From assembly GCA_964440875.1 (NCBI GenBank), contig CAYTTS010000002.1:1-56872 (forward strand): a stretch of DNA of 56,872 nucleotides. The letters are read 5' to 3'. The first letter of the stretch is position 1, and each line of letters starts with the position of its first letter. This stretch comes from an uncultured Erysipelothrix sp. Lineage in GTDB: Bacteria > Bacillota_I > Bacilli_A > Erysipelotrichales > Erysipelotrichaceae. Below are positions 15,508 through 24,468 of the stretch, piece after piece. Both the position numbers and the translations under genes were made by a program. The notes under the pieces were generated by a model that saw nothing but the letters and a program-made list of their open reading frames with translations, did no database searches and was not told the origin of the DNA.

Positions 15508-17679
15508 GTGAAAAAACGAGGAAATAAAATAATTATTTCAATGTTTATAATAATGTTATGTATTATTACATATCTTACTGTAAACATTTTTTCTGCTTCT
15601 GTACTGCAAGTTCATTTAAGATCTAAAGAAGATATTAATAACTACTCAGGAAATAGTACTAGTAGAATGGTGATTAAATCCCATCGTGGGACGATTTATG
15701 ATAGTAAAGGCTCAGTAATTGCTGAAGATATAACTTCATATAACTTAATTGCATACTTAAGTGATACTAGAGTTGGTTCAAATGGGAAACCCCATTATGT
15801 CGTTGATGTTAATGAAACGGCGAATTTTTTAAGTTCTTTACTTGGCAATGATAGTTCATACTATGCCAATTTAATGGATACAAGTAATAATAATAAAACA
15901 CAAACTGAATTTGGTCCTTATGGAAAAGGTTTAGATTTAAAAACTAAAACAGCAATAGAAGAAAGTGAGTTACCAGGCTTAGAGTTTACGGTAACATCAA
16001 AGAGACATTATCCATATGGTCAGTTCTCATCTCAGTTAATCGGCTTTAGTGATTTAGATCAAGAACTTGATCGTCAAGTTGGTAAAATGGGTTTAGAGTT
16101 ACACTATGATGAACTATTAACCGGAAAAGATGGGACAAGAGTAAGTACAGTTACCAGTAAAGGTTATACACTACCAAATACAACTAGTGTAATAAGTGAA
16201 GCAAAAGATGGTGATGATATTTACTTAACTCTAAATAAAAATATTCAATCACAACTTGAGGATTCTTTAGAACAATCTATGAATATGGATCAAACAGATA
16301 AAGCTTGGGGAATGGTATTAGATGTTAAGACTGGAAAAATACTTGCGATTGGCCAAAGTCCTACATTTGATCCAGAAATTAGAGAAGATATCGAATACTT
16401 GTTTTATCCAACATCATTTGCATTTGAACCTGGTTCAACAATGAAAGCTGTTGCTTATGCGGCAGCGATTGAAGAAGGATTTGATATTAATAAGACTTTT
16501 AATTCAAACTCAATCTATTTAAATTATGATGCAGAAGGAAAACCAATTAGGGTTTCTAAAGATAGTAAGTATAGCGATGTTATTAATAATGCTGGTTTAA
16601 AATCATGGGGAACTATTGACTACAAAACAGGTTTTGCAGTATCATCTAACGTTGGATTAGTTGAAATGATGATAAATGGTTTACCTAGTAGTAAATTTGA
16701 AGAATACTTAGATAAGTTTAAATTCTTTGAGCCATCGGAAATCGATGGTATGGTTGGATCAAGTGGACTAAAATCATTTAACTATCCAATTGACAAAGTA
16801 ACAAACTTTTTTGGACAAGGATCTACAGTAACAATGTTACAAATGGCTCAAGCTTTCGCAGCGATTGTTAATGACGGTAAAATGATGAAACCATATGTTG
16901 TTGAACAAATATTAGATAGTGATAATGTTGTTGTTCACCAAGGTAAGCCAGAACAAATCGCTCAACCAATTAGTAAAGAAACTTCAGAAGTAATGCGCGA
17001 AATTATGGCGGGTGTTATTGAAGGTGATTTAAATACAGGTAAAAACTACCAATTAGATGAGATTGAGCAAATAGCCAAAACGGGTACTGCTCAAGTTGTT
17101 ATTGATGGTAAGTACTCAACATCAAGATATATATCATCAATCGGGACGGCATTTCCTAAAGAAGATCCTGAATACTTAGTCTTTTATGCCTATGAGTCCG
17201 TTAATAGTCCATCAAACTACTACAAAGGTGCCGAACCTATTAAGGAATTAGTCCTTAAAGTAGCCGATGAGTTTAATTTAATTGATTCAACTAATATAGA
17301 TAATAAAGATGATAGTGGAGATGATATAATAGTTAGCGAGATGCCAAATTTAATTAATCACTCACTAGCATATGCTAATAAGAAACTTGCAAATGCAAAT
17401 GTTGATATAGTAGTAATTGGTGATGGTGATAATATAATTAATCAGTATCCAAATGCTGTTGATAAGATTATAAGTAATCAAACAATAATTTTATATACTG
17501 GCGCAGGAAAAATTACGATGCCAGATATGACAGGTTGGAGTCGTAGGGAAGTTGTTGCTTTCTGGAATGCATCGGGGGCAAGTTTCTTAATTGATGGACA
17601 TGGAAATGTTGTTAATCAAAGTGTTCCAAAAGGGACAATTATAGATGCTAATACTGAAGTTAAGGTAATCTTAAGATAG
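15508..17679 (+). CDS. pbpB: Class B penicillin-binding protein (PBP2B/FtsI type) with two C-terminal PASTA domains
   Basis: Transpeptidase motifs STMK, SSN and KTGTA, an N-terminal TM anchor and two PASTA-like repeats at the C-terminus. Confidence 0.92.
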   Translation: MKKRGNKIIISMFIIMLCIITYLTVNIFSASVLQVHLRSKEDINNYSGNSTSRMVIKSHRGTIYDSKGSVIAEDITSYNLIAYLSDTRVGSNGKPHYVVDVNETANFLSSLLGNDSSYYANLMDTSNNNKTQTEFGPYGKGLDLKTKTAIEESELPGLEFTVTSKRHYPYGQFSSQLIGFSDLDQELDRQVGKMGLELHYDELLTGKDGTRVSTVTSKGYTLPNTTSVISEAKDGDDIYLTLNKNIQSQLEDSLEQSMNMDQTDKAWGMVLDVKTGKILAIGQSPTFDPEIREDIEYLFYPTSFAFEPGSTMKAVAYAAAIEEGFDINKTFNSNSIYLNYDAEGKPIRVSKDSKYSDVINNAGLKSWGTIDYKTGFAVSSNVGLVEMMINGLPSSKFEEYLDKFKFFEPSEIDGMVGSSGLKSFNYPIDKVTNFFGQGSTVTMLQMAQAFAAIVNDGKMMKPYVVEQILDSDNVVVHQGKPEQIAQPISKETSEVMREIMAGVIEGDLNTGKNYQLDEIEQIAKTGTAQVVIDGKYSTSRYISSIGTAFPKEDPEYLVFYAYESVNSPSNYYKGAEPIKELVLKVADEFNLIDSTNIDNKDDSGDDIIVSEMPNLINHSLAYANKKLANANVDIVVIGDGDNIINQYPNAVDKIISNQTIILYTGAGKITMPDMTGWSRREVVAFWNASGASFLIDGHGNVVNQSVPKGTIIDANTEVKVILR

Positions 17680-17689
17680 GAGATTTAAA

Positions 17690-18664
17690 ATGTTAATAAT
17701 TAAATATATACTAGCTTTTTCAATATCATTAATAGCTACGATCTTGCTATATCCAAAATTTATTAAAATGATGAAAAAATTTAGTTATAACCAAGAAGTA
17801 AGTGAATATTCTTTAGGGGAATTCAAAGATAAAGAAAAAACACCAACAATGGGTGGAGTTATTTTCTTGTTTGTTCCACTTTTAACACTATTAATTGTTA
17901 ATCCTAAGGCATATCTAAATATAGAAGTTATCTTAGTCGTTCTAGCTTTCTTAAGCTTTGGAATAATAGGTTTGTATGATGACTATTTAATTTTAGTCAA
18001 ACAAGATAATATCGGCTTTCCAACACTACAAAAATTTATTTTGGAAGTTGTTTTAGCTATTATCTTTGGAATAATTTGGTATCGTTACAATAATGGGGCA
18101 GTTGGATTTAATATTCCTTTTACGCAAATATTCATTGGCTTAGGCGTATTCTACTTATTTGTAATAATCTTTATGTTAAGTGGAGTAAGCAATGCGGTCA
18201 ATTTAACAGATGGAATGGACGGATTAGCTGGTGGAACGGTATTATTAGCACTAGTTCCATATATGTTTTTCGCACATAAATTAGGTAATACTGAATTATT
18301 AGTATTATTATTTGCAATAGTAGGTTCACTAATTGCTTATCTATTCTACAATGTTAGTCCGGCAAGAATATTTATGGGAGATGTAGGATCATTATCCTTA
18401 GGGGCTCTACTTGCTGCTGTTTCAATCGTCTTAAATCAAGAGTTATCATTAATAATTATAGGCTTAATTTTCGTACTTGAAACACTATCAGTAATTATTC
18501 AGATTTCTTCAGTAAAAATAAGAGGAAAGCGAGTCTTTCCATTTACACCTATTCACTACTCTTTTACTATTTGGGGTATGAAGGAGAAAAACGTTGTTTA
18601 CATGTTTTGGGCACTAGGCTTTATTTTAATGCTAATTGGTCTTTTAATGGGAGTTAATCTATGA
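17690..18664 (+). CDS. mraY: Phospho-N-acetylmuramoyl-pentapeptide transferase
   Basis: NAVNLTDGMDGLA and MGDVGSL motifs, about 10 TM helices. Confidence 0.96.
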   Translation: MLIIKYILAFSISLIATILLYPKFIKMMKKFSYNQEVSEYSLGEFKDKEKTPTMGGVIFLFVPLLTLLIVNPKAYLNIEVILVVLAFLSFGIIGLYDDYLILVKQDNIGFPTLQKFILEVVLAIIFGIIWYRYNNGAVGFNIPFTQIFIGLGVFYLFVIIFMLSGVSNAVNLTDGMDGLAGGTVLLALVPYMFFAHKLGNTELLVLLFAIVGSLIAYLFYNVSPARIFMGDVGSLSLGALLAAVSIVLNQELSLIIIGLIFVLETLSVIIQISSVKIRGKRVFPFTPIHYSFTIWGMKEKNVVYMFWALGFILMLIGLLMGVNL

Positions 18665-19971
18665 AAAAGGCTCTAGTTATAGGTGGAGCACGTAGTGGTA
18701 AATATATTGCTTTACTATTAAATGAAAATAATTATGATGTAACTTTAACTGATATTAACCCAGTTGATTTTAAGGATGAATTTAAAAAACTTAATATTAA
18801 AGTTGTTGATAATGGACATCCAGACTCACTGTTAGATACTAAATATGACTTAGTTGTTAAGAATCCAGGTATAAAATATACTGTTGCTTTTATCCAAAAA
18901 GTATTAGCTCAGGGCTATAAAATATATAATGAGGTTGAAGTAGCACTAAATTATTTAGATAATACAAAGGTATACGCTATTAGTGGAACAAATGGAAAAA
19001 CAACAACAGTTAGCCAATTATATGAAATGTTAAAGAGTAAGTATCCAAACACATATCTTGGTGGAAATATTGGTACGGCTATTAGTGAGTTAGTATATTT
19101 GAAAAAAGATATTGACCACCTAGTAATCGAGTTATCTTCATTTCAATTAGATGGAATGTATGATTTTCATCCAAATTTCGCTAATCTAACGAATCTAAAA
19201 GAAGATCATTTAGATTATTATGAAAAGATTGAAGACTACTTTAATAGTAAGCAAAAGATTTATCAGAATCAAAATGAAAATGATTATCTACTAGTTAATA
19301 AAGATGATAAATTAGTATTAAAATATTTAAATAATCCAAAGGCAAAGGTGATTACATATAGTATCGAAGATCATGCTGATGTATATCTTAAAGGTGATGA
19401 TATAATTTTTGGTGATATTGTCTTATTTAATATTAATGAATTAAGTCTTGTAGGTAAGCACAATATATATAATGCTATTGTAGCGGCACTCATGGCTTAT
19501 CTAAGTGGTGTTGACTTAGAGATGATACAAATGTGTCTTAAAACATTTAAGGCTGTTGAGCACCGTATAGAGTATGTTAAGACTGTTAATGATATCAGCT
19601 ATTATAATGATTCCAAATCGACAAACTCACAGTCATTAATTGTTGCACTTGAGGCATTTGACAAGGAAGTTATCTTAATTGCAGGTGGATATGATAAAAA
19701 TGTTTCCTTTGATGAACTTATACCTTATGTAAAAAATGTTAAAAAAGCTATCCTCTTTGGAGAGACTAAAGAAAAGTTAGCGAAAGTATTTACTAATAAT
19801 GAAATAGTTGCTGACTTAGAAGCTGTATTTGGATTATTATCCAATATTGCAACTAAAGATGATATCGTATTATTTAGCCCAGCTTGTGCTAGTTTTGATC
19901 AATATAAGAATTATGAAGAACGTGGTATAGCCTTTAAAAACTTAGTTAATAAAATCAAAAGTGATGAATAA
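18661..19971 (+). CDS. murD: UDP-N-acetylmuramoylalanine--D-glutamate ligase
   Basis: GTNGKTTT P-loop, HRIEYV and NDSKSTN motifs. Overlaps the mraY stop. Confidence 0.95.
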   Translation: MKKALVIGGARSGKYIALLLNENNYDVTLTDINPVDFKDEFKKLNIKVVDNGHPDSLLDTKYDLVVKNPGIKYTVAFIQKVLAQGYKIYNEVEVALNYLDNTKVYAISGTNGKTTTVSQLYEMLKSKYPNTYLGGNIGTAISELVYLKKDIDHLVIELSSFQLDGMYDFHPNFANLTNLKEDHLDYYEKIEDYFNSKQKIYQNQNENDYLLVNKDDKLVLKYLNNPKAKVITYSIEDHADVYLKGDDIIFGDIVLFNINELSLVGKHNIYNAIVAALMAYLSGVDLEMIQMCLKTFKAVEHRIEYVKTVNDISYYNDSKSTNSQSLIVALEAFDKEVILIAGGYDKNVSFDELIPYVKNVKKAILFGETKEKLAKVFTNNEIVADLEAVFGLLSNIATKDDIVLFSPACASFDQYKNYEERGIAFKNLVNKIKSDE

Positions 19972-20085
19972 GTAGAACTTATTTATCATTTTTTTTGATT
20001 TGAAACTTCGCCATTCATAAAATATCAAATTATTCAATATTGTAATTTACTATTAAAAACGTATAATATATAACAGGTGATAAGT

Positions 20086-20370
20086 ATGTTTTTACAGAAT
20101 GGAAAACTTAATGAAGAAATTACTTTAGTTATTGGACTAAAGTATAATCAAATAAAAAGAGAGGAACTTCCTAACTTGGAAGTAAATCACTTTATCGAGT
20201 ATTTATTTAAAGATCAATTTAAAAAAGATGCTCCAAAATCTTTGAGTGATGCGGTTATTAAAATAATGAATGTTGATGTTGAAAAAATAGTAGTATATTT
20301 ATCAAATAGCGCGCTAATCAACTCAAAGAATGTAACATTAGATGATTTCGGTGATCTTTTTGCAAAGTAA
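20086..20370 (+). CDS. comN: ComN (YrzD)-like post-transcriptional regulator
   Basis: About 94 aa, with the pattern FIEYLFKDQFKKDAPKSLSDAVIKIMNV resembling ComN. Lies upstream of recJ as in Bacillus. Start set to ATG 20086, behind AGGTGA. Confidence 0.5.
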   Translation: MFLQNGKLNEEITLVIGLKYNQIKREELPNLEVNHFIEYLFKDQFKKDAPKSLSDAVIKIMNVDVEKIVVYLSNSALINSKNVTLDDFGDLFAK

Positions 20371-21952
20371 TATTAAAGAATTACTAAGTTTACATAATGT
20401 GTCAAACTTAGTTAAAGAAATACTTATCTCACAAGATTTAAACTATGAACAAGTTAAGCAAATTTTAGAAGATGAAAAATATGAACTTCAAAGTGATGAT
20501 TTAGATAATATAATTAATCGCTTATTTAAGGCGAAAGCATTAAATGAAAAAATTGTTATTGTTGGTGATTATGATGCTGATGGTATTATGGCGACGGTAA
20601 TTCTTTATAAAGCATTTAAACGCTTTGGACTTGAGGTAGGATTTTATATTCCAGACCGTTTAAAAGAGGGTTATGGAATCAATAGAGATATTGTTAAAAA
20701 TGTATATGATAAAGACTATACTTTAATTGTTACTGTTGATAATGGTATCGTTGCCTTTGATGCCTTAGACTACGCAAAAGAGTTAGGGATTGAAGTTATC
20801 GTTACTGATCATCACCACTATGCAAATGATAATGATTTTGCTTTTGATTATTTACTACATCCAAAAAAACTGAGTCATGGTTATAATGAACTTGCAGGGG
20901 CAGGTCTTGCTTTAATATTAGCTGAAAAACTATTAAACTTTGTTGATGTTGGAGAATTTTATATTTATGCAATGATTGCGACAATTGCCGATATGGTATC
21001 AGTTTTTGGCTTTAATCGTAGTATTATTAAAAATGGACTATATTTATTAAATAAACATGGTAATCCTTTTATTGATAATCTAATTCATTATCGTAATGGA
21101 AGCATTGATCAACAAGTTATATCCTTTCAAGTTGTTCCTAAGTTAAACACATTTGGCCGTATGGCGGATTTAGTTAATGTTAATAATATGGTCAGATACT
21201 TTTTAATTGAAGATAGTAAAGAATTAAATGTTGTAGCTAAGGATATTCAAAGAATAAATCAAGAGAGAATTGATTTGACTCGTGCGACATTTGAAGAGAA
21301 TGAAAATATAAAAAAATACGGTAGTTTAAATATATTAGTTGCTGATGATATACATGAAGGAATTACAGGATTAATTGCTGGAAGATTTTTAAATAAATTA
21401 AATGAACCAACATTAGTTTTAACTAAAGTAAATGATTTATACAAAGGTTCAGGAAGAGCTCCTAAGGGTTATGATATTCATAGTGTCCTGAATAATCTTA
21501 ATAGTTACTTTGAAAGTTTTGGTGGTCATAAACAGGCTTGTGGAATAAGTTTCAAAGCTAATAGACTTGATTATATTTTAAATAGTATAAGTGTTATTTC
21601 AGATGGTATTAATTATGAGAAGATCGCAGATCCTTATTTAAATATTTCAATGGATGATATTAGTGAAGAGAGTGTTACTCAATTTAAGAGCTTAGAGCCT
21701 TATGGTGTAGACTTTATAAAACCAAGATTAAAAGTTGAACTAAATATCGATAGCGAGCCAACAGTTTTAAAAGAAAAATATTTAAAATGGAGTTTAAATC
21801 AAAATACTGAATTATTATCATTTAATAATAATGGTAAGTTTGAGGAAATTAAACTATTAAATCATATAAGAGCTTATGTTGATTTATCACTGAATGAGTT
21901 TAGAGGTAAAAAGACAGTTAACCTTATTGTAAGTGAGTTTATCCTTGATTAA
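20342..21952 (+). CDS. recJ: Single-stranded-DNA-specific exonuclease RecJ (short form)
   Basis: DHH motifs GDYDADG, VDNG and TDHH, plus a DHHA1 GGHKQACG motif. The start is ambiguous: TTG 20360 has a GGTGA SD, whereas ATG 20342 has none. Confidence 0.9.
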   Translation: MISVIFLQSNIKELLSLHNVSNLVKEILISQDLNYEQVKQILEDEKYELQSDDLDNIINRLFKAKALNEKIVIVGDYDADGIMATVILYKAFKRFGLEVGFYIPDRLKEGYGINRDIVKNVYDKDYTLIVTVDNGIVAFDALDYAKELGIEVIVTDHHHYANDNDFAFDYLLHPKKLSHGYNELAGAGLALILAEKLLNFVDVGEFYIYAMIATIADMVSVFGFNRSIIKNGLYLLNKHGNPFIDNLIHYRNGSIDQQVISFQVVPKLNTFGRMADLVNVNNMVRYFLIEDSKELNVVAKDIQRINQERIDLTRATFEENENIKKYGSLNILVADDIHEGITGLIAGRFLNKLNEPTLVLTKVNDLYKGSGRAPKGYDIHSVLNNLNSYFESFGGHKQACGISFKANRLDYILNSISVISDGINYEKIADPYLNISMDDISEESVTQFKSLEPYGVDFIKPRLKVELNIDSEPTVLKEKYLKWSLNQNTELLSFNNNGKFEEIKLLNHIRAYVDLSLNEFRGKKTVNLIVSEFILD

Positions 21953-21955
21953 TAT

Positions 21956-21984
21956 ATGACATAAGCAAAATTATATGTTAATAT
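21956..21984 (+). promoter_or_regulatory. Extended -10 sigmaA promoter of the CDF-queT operon
   Basis: ATGACA (21956-21961), 17 nt, TGtTAATAT (TG at 21976-21977, hexamer at 21979-21984). Confidence 0.6.
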
Positions 21985-21989
21985 ATATA

Positions 21990-22110
21990 TGTCTAACAAA
22001 CAATAATAGTTAGACAAATGTGCAGGAGAAGCTTTTATATGAAAATATGAAAGGCACAAAGAGATGGTAGATGAAGCAGAGAAAAGAGGCCTTGCCTCTT
22101 TTCTTTGCTT
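21990..22110 (+). promoter_or_regulatory. Structured 5' leader with a terminator-like stem; unclassified riboswitch/attenuator candidate
   Basis: Hairpin TGTCTAAC/GTTAGACA (21990-22016). TGTGC/GCACA helix (22019-22058) enclosing an AGGAGAAG bulge and a 9-bp GAAA-tetraloop hairpin. 14-bp stem at 22076-22108. Confidence 0.5.
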
Positions 22111-22128
22111 ATAAGGTAGGGAAACGTT

Positions 22129-23322
22129 ATGAATAAAGATATTTTAAGTTTTTTTATTAAGAATAAAGAGTTTGAAGATAATAATCAAAAACGAAATTAT
22201 TATGGATTTATTAGTGCCTTAATTGGGATAATATCAAACTTCTCCTTGTTTATAATTAAATATGTATTAGGTGTAATTAGTTTTAGTATTGCGATTAAAG
22301 CAGATGCCTTTAATAATCTCTTTGATAGTCTCTCATCGCTTATTGCTCTATTTGGATTTAGATTAAGTGATAAACCTGCTGACTATGAGCATCCGTTTGG
22401 ACATGCTCGCTTTGAGATAATTAGTGATTTATTCGTTGGTTTAATATTAAGTTTCTTTGGTTTTATTTTCGCTTTATCATCAATTGCTAAATTTAATGGT
22501 AATAGTGAATTGAATTTCTCAAGTTTGACGGTAGTATTATTAATATTTACGACACTAGTTAAGCTATGGCAGGGTTCCTTCTATAAGTTTGTTGCCCTTG
22601 AAATTGATTCAAGTTTACTAATGACAACTGCTAGTGATAGTTATAATGATGTCTTAATTAATTTAAGTATCTTAATTGCATTATTAATTCAATATTTCTT
22701 TAATATCCAACTTGATGGATTATTAGGATTAATCTTGTCTATTTATATAATTATTACATCTCTTTCTTCAGTTTTCGATGCGATAAAAGATTTACTTGGT
22801 CGACAAATTAGTTATGATGAACTATTACAAATGGAAAAATTATTATTGACTTTTGATGATATTTTAGGCTATCATGATTTAATGGTTCACAACTATGGAG
22901 CAACTAGTATCTTTGCGACAGTCCATATTGAAGTTGATTCAAATACCAGTTTACTAAAAGCACATAGTTTTGCTGAGAAGATAGAGTCAAGATTTTTAGA
23001 TGAGTTAAACGTTAATTTAGTTGTCCATATTGATCCAGTAATATTAGATGATCCCATAGTTGGAGATTATGTTCTTAAGATTAAGGATTTATTATTTGAA
23101 TATAATAGTAATTATACATACCATGACTTTCGCTTAATTAAGCATGAAAATTATAATATTATTTCTTTTGATTTAGTTATCTATAATGATCAAAAAGAGG
23201 ACAAAGTTATTATTAGCGAAGTTAAGAAATTATTACATAAATATTATTCTTTAGATAAGTTTAATATTACAATAGATAGAAATTATTTAGAATTAGGGAG
23301 ATTAGATGAAGAAAATAAATAG
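22129..23322 (+). CDS. Cation diffusion facilitator (CDF) family metal efflux transporter
   Basis: TM2 ADAFNNLFD, HPFGHARFE loop, TM5 DSYNDVLINL and a C-terminal cytoplasmic domain. Confidence 0.9.
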   Translation: MNKDILSFFIKNKEFEDNNQKRNYYGFISALIGIISNFSLFIIKYVLGVISFSIAIKADAFNNLFDSLSSLIALFGFRLSDKPADYEHPFGHARFEIISDLFVGLILSFFGFIFALSSIAKFNGNSELNFSSLTVVLLIFTTLVKLWQGSFYKFVALEIDSSLLMTTASDSYNDVLINLSILIALLIQYFFNIQLDGLLGLILSIYIIITSLSSVFDAIKDLLGRQISYDELLQMEKLLLTFDDILGYHDLMVHNYGATSIFATVHIEVDSNTSLLKAHSFAEKIESRFLDELNVNLVVHIDPVILDDPIVGDYVLKIKDLLFEYNSNYTYHDFRLIKHENYNIISFDLVIYNDQKEDKVIISEVKKLLHKYYSLDKFNITIDRNYLELGRLDEENK

Positions 23323-23830
23323 AATGACAAATATCGCTGTTATTGCTGCGATATATTTAGTACTTAGTATGGCATTACAGTCACTTTCGTATAATGCGAT
23401 TCAGATTAGAGTTGCAGAAGCCTTGGTCGTTACGGCAATTGTTAGTAAAGATGGTATTTATGGGACGACAATTGGTTGTTTAATAACTAATACTGTTGGA
23501 GTCTTACTGGCTATGAATAATTTTGGTGGGGTGGATATTATTTTTGGAACCTTGCTAACACTAATTTCATCAATATTAGCTTATAAGTTTAGAGTAATTA
23601 CGATTAGTAAATATAAGATACCTTTAGTATCACTTATGATGCCGGTTATTATTAATACTATCGGATTACCAATTGTATTTGCCTTTGCATTTCATCAAGC
23701 ATTCTACTTAAATGTCTTCTTTATGGAAGCTCTATTTATCTTTTTAGGACAATTTGTCTCATGTGTAATTTTAGGTGCGGTTGTCTATAATAAAACAGAG
23801 GTAAGTTTAAGAAAATACTTGAATAACTAA
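23306..23830 (+). CDS. queT: Queuosine-precursor transporter QueT (ECF S-component family)
   Basis: 174 aa, NIAVIAAIYLVLSM...IQIRVAEALVV typical of QueT. SD GGGAG. Overlaps the CDF 3' end by 17 nt. Confidence 0.8.
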   Translation: MKKINRMTNIAVIAAIYLVLSMALQSLSYNAIQIRVAEALVVTAIVSKDGIYGTTIGCLITNTVGVLLAMNNFGGVDIIFGTLLTLISSILAYKFRVITISKYKIPLVSLMMPVIINTIGLPIVFAFAFHQAFYLNVFFMEALFIFLGQFVSCVILGAVVYNKTEVSLRKYLNN

Positions 23831-23868
23831 GTTGAAGTTTAACTTGTGTAATTTCATTAATTTGTAAT

Positions 23869-23891
23869 GCCCATGTTAAGCATGGGTTTTT
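23869..23891 (+). terminator. Terminator after queT
   Basis: GCCCATG-TTAAG-CATGGGT hairpin plus a T run. Confidence 0.8.
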
Positions 23892-23946
23892 ATTTGAAAA
23901 ACTATATATATACTTAAGTATGCTATAATACTGTGTAGGTGATTAA

Positions 23947-24468
23947 ATGTTAAAAAAATTCACGCCCTTAAAAACTATAAAGCGTTTTGACGATATTAGT
24001 ATTGAGTGGCTAAAAGAAAATAATAAAAAATTAGTACTATGCGATATAGATAATACCTTAGTGGCATTTGATGAGCCAAATCCTAGTGAGGCAGCTCTTA
24101 AATTTATCAATGAGTTACAAGATAATAATATAGAAATTATATTAATAAGTAATAATACTGAGGATCGTGTTAGTAAATTCAATGAAAACTTAAACTTAGA
24201 TGCATATGCGATGGCTCTTAAACCATCAAATAAGGCGTACCGTAAAATTAAGGAAAAATACAATCATATTGAACTAGATCAAATGATTAGTATTGGAGAT
24301 CAATTAATGACTGATGTATTCGGATCAAATCTTGCGAATATCGACGTTATTTTAACTGATCAAATTGTAGAGAAAGATTTATTTATTACTAAAATTAATC
24401 GATTATTTGAAAACTTTATAATAAATAGAATTAAGAAAAGAGGAAATTGGCCAGATGAAGAAATGTAA
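23947..24468 (+). CDS. yqeG: YqeG-family HAD-IIIA phosphatase
   Basis: LCDIDNTL motif I and GDQLMTDV motif. First gene of the conserved yqeG-yqeM block. TGcTATAAT promoter at about 23919-23927. Confidence 0.9.
   Translation: MLKKFTPLKTIKRFDDISIEWLKENNKKLVLCDIDNTLVAFDEPNPSEAALKFINELQDNNIEIILISNNTEDRVSKFNENLNLDAYAMALKPSNKAYRKIKEKYNHIELDQMISIGDQLMTDVFGSNLANIDVILTDQIVEKDLFITKINRLFENFIINRIKKRGNWPDEEM

Noticed and set aside
23250-23305. Looked for a preQ1 riboswitch in front of queT.
   Set aside because: queT overlaps the CDF coding region, so there is no free leader. No preQ1-I hairpin with an A-rich tail, and no preQ1-II-like motif, is visible in 23250-23305.
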